From: an uncultured Bacteroidia bacterium | GTDB taxonomy: Bacteria; Bacteroidota; Bacteroidia; Bacteroidales; F082 | Assembly: GCA_902794155.1 (NCBI GenBank) | Contig: CADBGN010000007.1 | Coordinates: forward strand, 19,182 to 83,181 | Direction of reading: 5' to 3' | Length of the DNA: 64,000 nt | In this document: positions 32,315 through 41,716 of the stretch, piece after piece | How the letters are laid out: the number at the start of each line of letters is the position of its first letter | Position numbering within the stretch: the first letter of the stretch is position 1 | Position numbers and translations under genes: made by a program | Notes under the pieces: model-generated | Database searches by the model: none | Seen by the model: only the letters and a program-made list of their open reading frames with translations | Told to the model about the DNA's origin: nothing

Positions 32315-34507
32315 TTAATTGCTCTTGCGCACCACTTTTTGGATCTCCTTCAGCTGGTTCAGTTTGGCAATCAAGTCGTCAAGTTCCTTGGTGTTGTGTA
32401 CATAGATGGATATGGCGGCTTCCACCACGTCCTGCTTGGCTTCCATGTGGAGCGAGTGCAGGTTGAGTTGCATCTCGTTGGAGAGCAGGTTGGTCATGCG
32501 GTTGAGCAGTCCCTTGGTGTCCAAAGCGGTGATTTTCAGCTCGGCGAGGAAGGCAATTTCACTCTTGGGTTGCCATTTGGCCTTCACGATGTTGTTGCCG
32601 AAACGCGACGAGAGTTGGATGGCCTTGGGGCAGTTGCTCCTATGGATTTGCAGCGGTTCTCCGGGGAAGCTGAATGCGATGACGTCATCGCCAGGGATGG
32701 GGTTGCAGCAGGTCGACACGTTGAAGTCGAACTCGCCAGAGGTGGTGATGGACGGCGTTTCGTCCTTTTCCTTGCTGCTGTTGCCCAAGAGGCCGAAAGT
32801 GATGTAACGCACAAAGCTACCGTTCGACTGTGGCTTCAGCACACTGCGGATGAGGCGTTCGTCGATTTTGCCTATGGCCACATTGTAATAAAAGTCAATG
32901 GTACTGGTCAGCTTTTCGGCTGCCATCACTTCGTTGCGGTTGACTTTCGAGGGCTCCATGTCGAGTTTCTTCATGATGGCCTCGTATTTTTGCTCGCCTT
33001 CTTCGCGGAAAGTGCGGCGGTATTCCTTGATGCCACTCTTGAGGCGCGACTTAGCCGTAGCCGTGGCGAGGAACTCAAACCATTTCTCTTGCGGGTGCTG
33101 CGACTCTGAGGTAATGATCTCCACTTGGTCGCCCTTGGTGAGCTTGCGGTCGAGTTGCGCCAGCTGGTTGTTGACGTTGGCCGCGATGCTGTGGTCGCCG
33201 ATTTCGCTGTGGATATAATAGGCGAAGTCGAGCACGGTGGAGCCTTTGGGCAGCGTGATCATCTTGCCCTGCGGGGTGAATACGTAGATCTCGTCGGAGA
33301 AGAGGTCAAGCTTGAAGTTGTCGACGAACTCGATGGCGTTGTCCGACTCGCTTCCGATGAGGTCCTGGGCTTTCTTCAGCCATTCGTCGAAGCCGCTTTC
33401 GGTCTTGTCGTCGTCGGTCTTGAACTTCCAATAGGCACCGAAGCCCTTCTCGGCAATCTCCTCCATACGCTGGCTGCGGATTTGCACCTCGACCCAGTTG
33501 CCTGTCTGACCCATCACCACGGCATGCAGTGATTCGTAGCCGTTGGCTTTCGGGAACGAGATCCAGTCTTTCAGCTTCTTGGTGTAAGGACGGTAGCAAT
33601 TGGTGAGCACGGCATAGATCTTCCAACACTCCATGCGTTCCTGCTCTTTCGGGCAGTCGGTGATGAGGCGGACGATGAAGGAACCATAAAGGTCTTCAAA
33701 AGCCAGTTCCTTGTCCATCATGCGTTTCCAGACTGAGTTGACCGAGCGTTCCTTGATCTCGGCTCTGGCTTTGATGCCATTCTTTGCCAATTCGGCCTCT
33801 ATGGGTGAGATGAAGTCGCGCAGTTCGCCCATGCGTTTGCCGCGCACGTCGTCCATGCGTTTGCGGATGTTGTAATAGATGGTGGGGTTGGTATATTTCA
33901 ACGACAGGTCTTCCAACTCGATTTCGATGGCATGGAGGCCGAGGCGATAGGCGAGGGGTGCATAGATATAGGTGGTCTCCGAGGCAATCTTCAGCTGCTT
34001 GTGCTTGGGCATCGAGTCCAAGGTGCGCATGTTGTGGAGGCGGTCGGAGAGCTTGATGAGCACCACGCGGATGTCGTACGACAGTGAGGAGATGACCTTC
34101 TTGAAGTTCTCGGCCTGGGCGCTCTCGGCACCTTCGAGGTTGGCGAACTTAGTGAGGCCATCCACCACACGTTCCACCTTCTCGCCAAACATCTCGCGGA
34201 TGTCGTCGAGGGTGTACTTTGTGTCTTCCACCACATCGTGCAGCAGGGCGCAGATGATGGAGGTGCGTCCCAGTCCGATGTCGTGGGCGGCGATGGTAGC
34301 TACCTCGATGGGATGGTAGATATAAGGCTCGCCCGAGCGGCGGCGCTGGTCCTTGTGCGCTTCGCAGGCAAAATAGAACGCCTTGTCGACCATTTCCAGG
34401 TCGGCGGCTTCCTTGCGCGTCTGCCAAGCGTCGATGAGGCGCTGGTGTCGTCGCTCGATTTCTTCTTTCTCTTCTTTTGAATAAGTGTCGGGTAAAATAG
34501 GCGTCAT
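32315..34507 (-). CDS. relA: bifunctional (p)ppGpp synthetase/hydrolase, RelA/SpoT family
   Basis: HD hydrolase motif HDVVEDT, synthetase region ...YESLHAVV..., and TGS and ACT-like C-terminal parts. The ATG is at 34507; the track start at 34513 is TTG. Confidence 0.95.
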   Translation of the reverse strand: MTPILPDTYSKEEKEEIERRHQRLIDAWQTRKEAADLEMVDKAFYFACEAHKDQRRRSGEPYIYHPIEVATIAAHDIGLGRTSIICALLHDVVEDTKYTLDDIREMFGEKVERVVDGLTKFANLEGAESAQAENFKKVISSLSYDIRVVLIKLSDRLHNMRTLDSMPKHKQLKIASETTYIYAPLAYRLGLHAIEIELEDLSLKYTNPTIYYNIRKRMDDVRGKRMGELRDFISPIEAELAKNGIKARAEIKERSVNSVWKRMMDKELAFEDLYGSFIVRLITDCPKEQERMECWKIYAVLTNCYRPYTKKLKDWISFPKANGYESLHAVVMGQTGNWVEVQIRSQRMEEIAEKGFGAYWKFKTDDDKTESGFDEWLKKAQDLIGSESDNAIEFVDNFKLDLFSDEIYVFTPQGKMITLPKGSTVLDFAYYIHSEIGDHSIAANVNNQLAQLDRKLTKGDQVEIITSESQHPQEKWFEFLATATAKSRLKSGIKEYRRTFREEGEQKYEAIMKKLDMEPSKVNRNEVMAAEKLTSTIDFYYNVAIGKIDERLIRSVLKPQSNGSFVRYITFGLLGNSSKEKDETPSITTSGEFDFNVSTCCNPIPGDDVIAFSFPGEPLQIHRSNCPKAIQLSSRFGNNIVKAKWQPKSEIAFLAELKITALDTKGLLNRMTNLLSNEMQLNLHSLHMEAKQDVVEAAISIYVHNTKELDDLIAKLNQLKEIQKVVRKSN

Positions 34508-34530
34508 AGGCAATCGTCTTTTTCAGACTG

Positions 34531-34538
34531 CAAAATTA
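34531..34538 (-). promoter_or_regulatory. putative -7 promoter box (taattttg) for relA/spoT
   Basis: TAnnTTTG on the minus strand, 24 nt upstream of the ATG. Confidence 0.45.
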
Positions 34539-34612
34539 GGGATAATCCTTTGTATCGTTGGCTTTTTTAGCGCAATTTTTTGAAGGTTTAGGTGGATTTT
34601 TTGGAAAATTTG

Positions 34613-34620
34613 TATATTTG
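34613..34620 (+). promoter_or_regulatory. putative -7 promoter box (tatatttg)
   Basis: TAnnTTTG 23 nt upstream of the ATG at 34644. Confidence 0.45.
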
Positions 34621-34643
34621 CCCCATCATCAATCGAAAAAAAC

Positions 34644-35132
34644 ATGGAAGGATACAAGAAATGCCCTTACTGCGGCGAGGAAATCCCTGAGAATGCCGCG
34701 AAATGTATGTATTGCACAGCTTGGCTGACGGGACCACAGGCCGAACAAACTGCCAGAAATGCGGAAATGCCACCTCAACAACCGAGATACCAGGGCGGCA
34801 CTCCGACGACCAACGTGTATGTCAATGCGACTCCAGCTCAAGCTGCAGCTTCCCAACCCCAACCCGTGAGACAGAAAAACGGACCAGGGAGTGCAGGTCT
34901 CGTGCTGTCCATACTCGGTCTGGTGTTGTGTTGGGTGCCTATTGCGAATCTCATTTTATGGTTCCTCGGTCTCTTGTTCTCGTTTATCGGTATGTTCAAG
35001 CGCCCCAAAGGGAAGGCTATCGCTGGTCTGGTGATTTCTATTGTATGTCTGGTGACCCTTATCGTGCTTTTCTCTGTTTTGGGGAATGCGTTTCTCGAAT
35101 CTGACATTTTTGACGAGCTGTTTTATTATTAA
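34644..35132 (+). CDS. zinc-ribbon plus DUF4190-like membrane protein
   Basis: CPYCGEEIPENAAKCMYC zinc ribbon, a Pro/Gln-rich linker and C-terminal TM helices. Confidence 0.75.
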   Translation: MEGYKKCPYCGEEIPENAAKCMYCTAWLTGPQAEQTARNAEMPPQQPRYQGGTPTTNVYVNATPAQAAASQPQPVRQKNGPGSAGLVLSILGLVLCWVPIANLILWFLGLLFSFIGMFKRPKGKAIAGLVISIVCLVTLIVLFSVLGNAFLESDIFDELFYY

Positions 35133-35187
35133 ACAAAATGCCAGCGCTTTTCGTGCGTTTTTCTGAGGCTGCAAACGAAATTTTTCC

Positions 35188-35195
35188 TAATTTTG
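35188..35195 (+). promoter_or_regulatory. putative -7 promoter box (taattttg) for lepA
   Basis: TAnnTTTG ends 7 nt before the ATG at 35203, which implies a very short or absent leader. Confidence 0.4.
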
Positions 35196-35202
35196 CAGCC
35201 CA

Positions 35203-36990
35203 ATGAAAAACATCCGAAATTTTTGCATCATAGCCCATATCGACCACGGCAAATCGACCTTGGCCGATAGACTTTTGGAACTAACACATACGCTCAACGA
35301 CAAAGAACTCGTCGACCAGGTGCTCGACGACATGGACCTTGAGCGCGAGCGCGGCATCACCATCAAGAGCCACGCCATCCAGATGAAATACAACTACAAG
35401 GGCGAGGAATACACCCTCAACCTCATCGATACTCCCGGCCATGTCGACTTCTCCTATGAGGTGTCGCGCAGCATCGCGGCCTGCGAAGGCGCTTTGTTGG
35501 TGGTAGATGCCACGCAAGGTATTCAGGCCCAAACGATTGCCAACCTTTATTCAGCTCTTGAACATGACCTCGAAATCATCCCCGTGATGAACAAGATCGA
35601 CATGGACAGTGCCATGGTTGACATCGTGGAGGACCAGATGGTGGATCTCTTGGGCTGCGACCCTTCAGAAATCCTGAAGGTCAGTGCCCGAACGGGTGAA
35701 GGTGTGCCCGCTGTTCTCGATGCCATCGTTGAACGCATTCCTTGTCCCAAAGGCGACCCCGAAGCTCCACTTCAAGCTCTCATCTTCGATTCTGTGTTTA
35801 ACTCGTTCCGTGGTATCATCGCCTATTTCCGCATCATGAACGGCACCATGCATACCAATGACTTGGTGAAGTTCTTCGCCACAGGTAAGGAATACAACGC
35901 GGACGAAATTGGTGTGCTACAACTGAAGCAAGTGCCTAAGAAAGAGCTTTCCGCAGGCGATGTGGGTTACATCATCTCGGGCATCAAGACCTCGAAGGAG
36001 GTCAAGGTGGGCGACACCATCACGCATGTCGAAAGACCTTGTGCCGAGCCAGTGGCTGGCTTCGAAAATGTGAAACCCATGCTGTTTGCGGGTATCTATC
36101 CCGTCGACGCGGATGACTACGAAGAACTGCGTGCTTCGTTGGAGAAGCTGCAACTCAATGACGCTTCCCTCGTTTGGGAGCCTGAATCGTCAGCGGCCTT
36201 GGGCTTTGGCTTCCGTTGTGGCTTCTTGGGCCTTTTGCACATGGAGATTGTGCAGGAGCGCCTTGACCGCGAGTTTGACATGGACGTCATCACTACGGTG
36301 CCCAACGTCTCATTCAAGTGCTTCAAGACCGACGGTGAGATGATTGAGGTGCACAACCCCAGCGGATTACCCGAGGTGACGAAGATTGACCACATTGAGG
36401 AACCATATATTCTTGCGCAAATCATTTCGAAGAACGACTTTACTGGCCCCATCATGACGCTCTGCATCGACAGGCGTGGCGTGCTGAAGAACCAGGTCTA
36501 CCTCTCTACCGACCGTGTGGAGTTGACCTTCCAGATGCCATTGAGCGAAATCGTCTTCGACTTCTACGACAAACTGAAATCCATATCGAAAGGCTATGCC
36601 TCCTTCGATTATCATATCGCTGGCTATCAAGATGCCGACTTGGTGAAACTCGACATTATGCTCAACGGCGAGTCCGTCGACGCCTTGTCGACTTTGATCC
36701 ACCGTGGCCATGCCTATGACTTCGGTCGCCGCATGTGCGAGAAGCTGAAAGAATTGATACCAAGACACCAGTTCGACATCGCCATTCAGGCGGCCATTGG
36801 TGCGAAGATCATCGCCCGCGAGACGGTGCGTCAGGTGCGCAAGGACGTGACGGCGAAGTGCTATGGTGGCGACGTCTCCCGTAAGCGCAAGCTGCTTGAG
36901 AAACAGAAGGCGGGTAAGAAACGCATGCGTCAAATCGGCAACGTCGAGGTACCGCAATCGGCGTTCCTTGCAGTGTTGAAATTGGATTAG
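35203..36990 (+). CDS. lepA: elongation factor 4
   Basis: [28 protein letters not shown] and NKID motifs, plus the LepA C-terminal domain. Confidence 0.97.
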   Translation: MKNIRNFCIIAHIDHGKSTLADRLLELTHTLNDKELVDQVLDDMDLERERGITIKSHAIQMKYNYKGEEYTLNLIDTPGHVDFSYEVSRSIAACEGALLVVDATQGIQAQTIANLYSALEHDLEIIPVMNKIDMDSAMVDIVEDQMVDLLGCDPSEILKVSARTGEGVPAVLDAIVERIPCPKGDPEAPLQALIFDSVFNSFRGIIAYFRIMNGTMHTNDLVKFFATGKEYNADEIGVLQLKQVPKKELSAGDVGYIISGIKTSKEVKVGDTITHVERPCAEPVAGFENVKPMLFAGIYPVDADDYEELRASLEKLQLNDASLVWEPESSAALGFGFRCGFLGLLHMEIVQERLDREFDMDVITTVPNVSFKCFKTDGEMIEVHNPSGLPEVTKIDHIEEPYILAQIISKNDFTGPIMTLCIDRRGVLKNQVYLSTDRVELTFQMPLSEIVFDFYDKLKSISKGYASFDYHIAGYQDADLVKLDIMLNGESVDALSTLIHRGHAYDFGRRMCEKLKELIPRHQFDIAIQAAIGAKIIARETVRQVRKDVTAKCYGGDVSRKRKLLEKQKAGKKRMRQIGNVEVPQSAFLAVLKLD

Positions 36991-36991
36991 C

Positions 36992-37051
36992 GGTCCCTGA
37001 GCCAGTCGAATGGCCGCCTTAATTAACGGTGCTTCGACGAGCTCAGCAACC
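36992..37051. terminator. imperfect ~20-bp-stem hairpin after lepA, built from two inverted copies of a 20-nt motif
   Basis: ggtccctgagccagtcgaa ... cttcgacgagctcagcaacc. The motif recurs at 61475-61494. Confidence 0.5.
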
Positions 37052-37093
37052 TGCCCCAACTAACAACTGAATAACTGAACAACTGATAACTGA

Positions 37094-38191
37094 ATGACCG
37101 ACCTCCAATATCAAATAGCATTGACATTACTCCCTGGTATCGGTGATATCAGCGGGAAGAAATTCGTGCAGTATTGCGGCAGCGCCAAGGCCATCTTCAA
37201 GGAGACGCGCAAGTCGCTGGAGAAGATCACAGGTATGCGCGAGGCTTCCATCGACGCTATCTGCAAGCCCGAGGAATACCTGAAAAGGGCAGAGGAGGAG
37301 ATTGAATTTGTCGAGAAGAATGGCATTCAGCCTTTGTTTTTCTTGGATTCTGACTATCCGCGGCGATTGTCACAGTGTGACGATGCCCCGATGATGCTGT
37401 ATTACAAAGGCAAGGCCAACCTCAACGCCAATCGCGTGGTGGCCATCGTTGGAACCCGTAATATCACGGAATACGGGAAAGAGAACTGCAACCAGTTGGT
37501 GGAGGATTTGAAGGATGACAATGTGCTGATAGTAAGTGGTTTGGCCTACGGTGTTGACACCTGTGCACACAAGGCCTCTGTGAAGCATGGCATCCCCACC
37601 GTTGGTGTGATGGGTAGTGGCATGCAGCAAATCTATCCTGCGCCAAACAAAAAATTGGCTACCGATATGGTGGAGCAAGGAGGCGGCATCCTGACGGAGT
37701 GCATGAGCGGCACCTTACCTGATCGAGAGAATTTCCCGCGCCGCAATCGCATCATCGCTGGCATGGCCGACGCCGTGGTAGTCATCGAGTCGGCGATGAA
37801 AGGCGGCTCTCTGATTACGGCCGATTTGGCCAATTCATACAGTCGCGATGTATTTGCCTATCCCGGGCGTGTGATGGATATCTATAGCCAAGGCTGCAAC
37901 TACCTCATCCGCACCAACCGCGCCCACCTTATGGAAAGTGTACTCAATTTGCGATATATCATGCGCTGGGATTCGGAGTCGAAGAGCGAGAAACAGACGG
38001 CCTTGTTCCGTGAGTTCACCGCTGAGGAAAAGTTGGTCATGGACTGCTTTGGCGCGAATGCTGTCATCAATTTGGACGACATCATCGTGAAGACCGAGCT
38101 ACCGACCACGAAAATCGCAGCCATTCTGTTGACCTTGGAATTCGACGGTGTGCTGATGGCATTGCCGGGAAAAAGATACCAGAAATGTTAG
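37094..38191 (+). CDS. dprA: DNA-processing protein DprA
   Basis: Rossmann-like core VVAIVGTRNIT and SGLAYGVDTCAHKA. Confidence 0.92.
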   Translation: MTDLQYQIALTLLPGIGDISGKKFVQYCGSAKAIFKETRKSLEKITGMREASIDAICKPEEYLKRAEEEIEFVEKNGIQPLFFLDSDYPRRLSQCDDAPMMLYYKGKANLNANRVVAIVGTRNITEYGKENCNQLVEDLKDDNVLIVSGLAYGVDTCAHKASVKHGIPTVGVMGSGMQQIYPAPNKKLATDMVEQGGGILTECMSGTLPDRENFPRRNRIIAGMADAVVVIESAMKGGSLITADLANSYSRDVFAYPGRVMDIYSQGCNYLIRTNRAHLMESVLNLRYIMRWDSESKSEKQTALFREFTAEEKLVMDCFGANAVINLDDIIVKTELPTTKIAAILLTLEFDGVLMALPGKRYQKC

Positions 38192-39123
38192 GCAAGGTCA
38201 TCAAATCGACAGGCAGCTGGTACATCGTTCTCGACGAACAGGGACGACAATGGGAGTGTCGTCTGCGCGGCAAGATCCGTTTGGACGGTATCCGAAGCAC
38301 CAATCCTGTGGCCGTGGGTGACAACGTGCAGTTTGAGCAGGAACCTGGCAAGGACACGGGCGTCATCAAGAAGATCGAGCCACGCGATAATGTGATTGTG
38401 CGTCAGTCGGTCAACTTGAGCAAGGCCTCTCATATCATCGCCGCCAATGTCGACTTGGCCATCGTGGTGGCTACCATTGCCCAACCGCGTACCTCCACGG
38501 GTTTTATAGACCGTTTTCTGGTCACTGCAGAAGCCTATCACATCCCTGCTGCGCTGATTTTCAACAAGTGCGACCTATACACTGACGAGCAGATAGGGGA
38601 GATGTGCGTGTTAATGGAGTATTACCAAAGCCTTGGTTATACCTCTTTCGGTGTTTCTGCCAAGACAGGCTTCCAAATCGACCAACTGAAAGACTTGATG
38701 AAAGATAAGATTTGCCTATTCTCAGGTCATTCCGGCGTGGGCAAGTCGGCTTTAGTAAAAGCCCTCGACCCCTCTTTGGATGTCCGCATCGGAGCCATCT
38801 CCGACTATCATGAGAAAGGCAAGCACACCACCACCTTCGCCGAGATGCACCACTTGGATTTCGGTGCTTGGATTGTGGATACTCCCGGCATCAAGGAGTT
38901 TGTGCTGTATGACCTTGAGAAAGAGACTTTGGCGCAGCGTTTCCCCGAGATGCGTAATTTGATGAGCGAGTGCCGTTTCGCCAACTGTACTCATACACAT
39001 GAACCAGGCTGTGCAGTGAAAACAGCTGTTGAAAACGGAGATATCGCTGACTGGCGTTATGTGAATTACATCCGCATGATGACTGACGAAAGCCATGATT
39101 CGGTAAAAGAAGAAGGAATATGA
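38185..39123 (+). CDS. rsgA: ribosome small-subunit-dependent GTPase A
   Basis: Circularly permuted GTPase motifs NKCDL and GHSGVGKS, and Zn-finger CRFANCTHTHEPGCAV. Overlaps dprA by 7 nt. Confidence 0.95.
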   Translation: MLGKVIKSTGSWYIVLDEQGRQWECRLRGKIRLDGIRSTNPVAVGDNVQFEQEPGKDTGVIKKIEPRDNVIVRQSVNLSKASHIIAANVDLAIVVATIAQPRTSTGFIDRFLVTAEAYHIPAALIFNKCDLYTDEQIGEMCVLMEYYQSLGYTSFGVSAKTGFQIDQLKDLMKDKICLFSGHSGVGKSALVKALDPSLDVRIGAISDYHEKGKHTTTFAEMHHLDFGAWIVDTPGIKEFVLYDLEKETLAQRFPEMRNLMSECRFANCTHTHEPGCAVKTAVENGDIADWRYVNYIRMMTDESHDSVKEEGI

Positions 39124-39992
39124 GAATCGCCCTATTTGGAAAAACCATCGCCCCGGAGAATGGGGAATATATGCGTCAATTATTCAAGAAATTGGCCGAT
39201 AATCAAGTAGAAATCGTTGTTTACCAACTATTTGCAGACATTGTCGCTGCCTACATCCCCGTAGGCGTTCAATTCACAGTCTTCCATTCCCATGAAGACC
39301 TGAAGGCAGACCTGCTGTTTTCCATCGGCGGCGACGGTACCATCCTCGACACGGTGCCCTTCGTGCTCAATTCGGGCATTCCAGTGGTGGGCATCAATAT
39401 GGGGCGTTTGGGTTTCCTGTCCAGCATCTCCAAAAACGAGATTGACATGGCGGTCAATAGCGTGCTCACGGGCGATTACTCCGTGGAGCAGCGCACCCTC
39501 CTTGAGTTGGTCTCGCCCGAGAAAGTTTTCGACGACGTGAAATATGCCCTCAATGAGTTGAATGTCATCCGCAATCCAGAGCATAGTCTGTTGGCTATCA
39601 AGGTGTTTGTTGACGATATCTATCTTAATACCTATTGGGGCGACGGCATCCTGTTGGCCACACCGACGGGTTCTACGGCCTACTCACTGAGTGCCGGTGG
39701 CCCCATCATTGCACCCAATGCAAAAAACTTTGTCATTACACCCATTGCCACGCACAATTTGACGGTGCGTCCCGTGGTCATCCCCGACGACAGCACCATC
39801 CGCATCCAGGTGGAAGGACGAGAGAAGAAATTTGTCTTCAGTATGGACTCAAGAAGCTGTACGTTAGATACTTCCGTTCAACTGGAAGTGCGCAAGGCAG
39901 GCTTCTGCCTTAACTTGGTCAGGATGCGTGGCGAGGACTTTTTTGGCACCATCCGCAACAAGTTGATGTGGGGCAAAGACAATAGAAATTGA
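39120..39992 (+). CDS. nadK: NAD kinase
   Basis: GGDGT motif and NE...TPTGSTAYSLSAGGPI. ATGA overlap with rsgA. Confidence 0.95.
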   Translation: MRIALFGKTIAPENGEYMRQLFKKLADNQVEIVVYQLFADIVAAYIPVGVQFTVFHSHEDLKADLLFSIGGDGTILDTVPFVLNSGIPVVGINMGRLGFLSSISKNEIDMAVNSVLTGDYSVEQRTLLELVSPEKVFDDVKYALNELNVIRNPEHSLLAIKVFVDDIYLNTYWGDGILLATPTGSTAYSLSAGGPIIAPNAKNFVITPIATHNLTVRPVVIPDDSTIRIQVEGREKKFVFSMDSRSCTLDTSVQLEVRKAGFCLNLVRMRGEDFFGTIRNKLMWGKDNRN

Positions 39993-40020
39993 TTTCTATC
40001 GTTTTCATTAGAAAAATTCG

Positions 40021-40028
40021 TAATTTTG
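40021..40028 (+). promoter_or_regulatory. putative -7 promoter box (taattttg)
   Basis: TAnnTTTG 12 nt upstream of the ATG at 40041. Confidence 0.45.
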
Positions 40029-40040
40029 CAGTTTTGAATT

Positions 40041-40943
40041 ATGATTAGAAAACTTCGTTTCTTATTGATATTGAGCTGCTTGGCTGTTTTTGTCCAAGCC
40101 AATGCCCAATTTGACGACCCCAAGACGCTTGAAATCGGTCCTCATGCTGGTGTGAGCTACTATATGGGTGACCTTAACCCTACCTTGCCTTTTGCCATGC
40201 CGCAGCTGGAATACGGCGGCGTAGTGCGTTTCAACTATAACAACCGTTGGACCTTCCGCGCCGACTATTCCTACCTCACCGTGAAGGGTGATGATGCAAT
40301 CATCAAATGGCGTCCTGAACGAGGTTTGAACTTCACGAGCAAGATCCATGACCTCAGCTTTGTGGCAGAATTCAATTTCTTGGAATATTATACTGGCAAC
40401 CCGAAAAGAAATGTCTCGCCTTATATCTTTGGTGGCATTTCGGTGTTTTATTATACGGCTTATGCCACGGTCAGCGATACCTTGATTGACCTTAGCGACC
40501 ACCTGACCGAACCTGCTCCTGCCGAACCCAAATGGTACGACAAGGCTTTTGGCAAAACAAGTCCAATAGGCATATCCATCCCTTTCGGCATGGGTGTGAA
40601 ACTCGCTCTGTCGAAGCACATGGCTGCTACGGTGGAATGGCGCATGCAGAAAACCTTCACGGACTACCTCGACGATGTGGCCACAGTGTATCCTGCCGAT
40701 GACCGCCATGCTACTGTTATTATTGATGGCATGTATTATGATTTGACAGACCCTACAGCGACTCCATCTGGAATTCCTGTGAACTCCAATGGGCAACCTA
40801 CAACCACTCCTGAAGGAAACTATACAAAAGACCAACAACGCGGCAACTCTGCTTTCAACGATTGGTTCGGCATGGCGCGTGTGTCACTAACTTGGAAATT
40901 CAACCTGCCCGACGGAAGGGGTTGTAACTTAAGCAAATTCTAA
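40041..40943 (+). CDS. DUF6089-like outer-membrane beta-barrel protein
   Basis: Signal peptide and beta-barrel-like pattern. Holds the conserved position upstream of uppS-bamA. Confidence 0.75.
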   Translation: MIRKLRFLLILSCLAVFVQANAQFDDPKTLEIGPHAGVSYYMGDLNPTLPFAMPQLEYGGVVRFNYNNRWTFRADYSYLTVKGDDAIIKWRPERGLNFTSKIHDLSFVAEFNFLEYYTGNPKRNVSPYIFGGISVFYYTAYATVSDTLIDLSDHLTEPAPAEPKWYDKAFGKTSPIGISIPFGMGVKLALSKHMAATVEWRMQKTFTDYLDDVATVYPADDRHATVIIDGMYYDLTDPTATPSGIPVNSNGQPTTTPEGNYTKDQQRGNSAFNDWFGMARVSLTWKFNLPDGRGCNLSKF

Positions 40944-40945
40944 CT

Positions 40946-41704
40946 ATGGAACTGAAAGACCAACTGATGCAACAAATCGACCGCGAACGCTTGCCACAGC
41001 ATGTTGCGATTATCATGGATGGTAACGGGCGTTGGGCCAAGGAGAGAGGAAAAGCACGCCTTTTTGGACACCAAAGTGCCATACAGTCGGTGCGCGAGGT
41101 GTCGGAGGGATGCGCAGAGTTGGGCGTTGGATACCTGACCTTGTATGCTTTTTCCACCGAGAACTGGAACCGTCCCTTGGCTGAAGTCAGCGGATTGATG
41201 TCGCTGCTGGCCACCACCATTACAAAAGAGGTGGTCACGATGAACAAGAACAGCATCAAGTTGAATGCCATCGGCGACTTGAAGAGCCTTCCCAAAGCCA
41301 ATTACGACCAGTTGATGCAAGCCATTGAGGACACGAGCAACAATACCCGCATGACCTTGACTTTGGCCTTGAGCTACTCCGGACGTTGGGACTTGAAGCA
41401 AGCTTCGCAACGTATGGCTCAAGATGTGGCTGCGGGTAAACTGGCTCCCGATGCCATCGACGATGCGACAATTTCGTCTTACCTTTCCACCTATAATATG
41501 CCCGACCCTGAGTTACTCATTCGTACCAGTGGCGAGGAACGCATCAGCAACTTCCTGTTGTGGCAGTTGGCTTATTCCGAACTTTATTTCACGTCCAAGT
41601 ACTGGCCTGACTTCCGCAAGGCCGACTTATACGAGGCGATTTTGAATTATCAACACCGTGAACGTCGCTTCGGGAAGACGAGCGAACAAGTGAACACAAA
41701 ATGA
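40946..41704 (+). CDS. uppS: isoprenyl transferase (undecaprenyl-diphosphate synthase)
   Basis: IIMDGNGRWA, FSTENWNRP and RTSGEERISNFLLWQ motifs. Confidence 0.96.
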   Translation: MELKDQLMQQIDRERLPQHVAIIMDGNGRWAKERGKARLFGHQSAIQSVREVSEGCAELGVGYLTLYAFSTENWNRPLAEVSGLMSLLATTITKEVVTMNKNSIKLNAIGDLKSLPKANYDQLMQAIEDTSNNTRMTLTLALSYSGRWDLKQASQRMAQDVAAGKLAPDAIDDATISSYLSTYNMPDPELLIRTSGEERISNFLLWQLAYSELYFTSKYWPDFRKADLYEAILNYQHRERRFGKTSEQVNTK

Positions 41705-41716
41705 TTGAATGATATT

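Noticed and set aside
37051-37093. Periodic aactga tract as one arm of a hairpin
   Set aside because: No complementary tcagtt-type arm lies nearby. I mention it only as a one-armed relative of the periodic hairpins.
40062-40838. 258-aa minus-strand ORF
   Set aside because: It is antisense to the DUF6089-like gene, which has a signal peptide and a conserved position upstream of uppS, so it is a shadow ORF.
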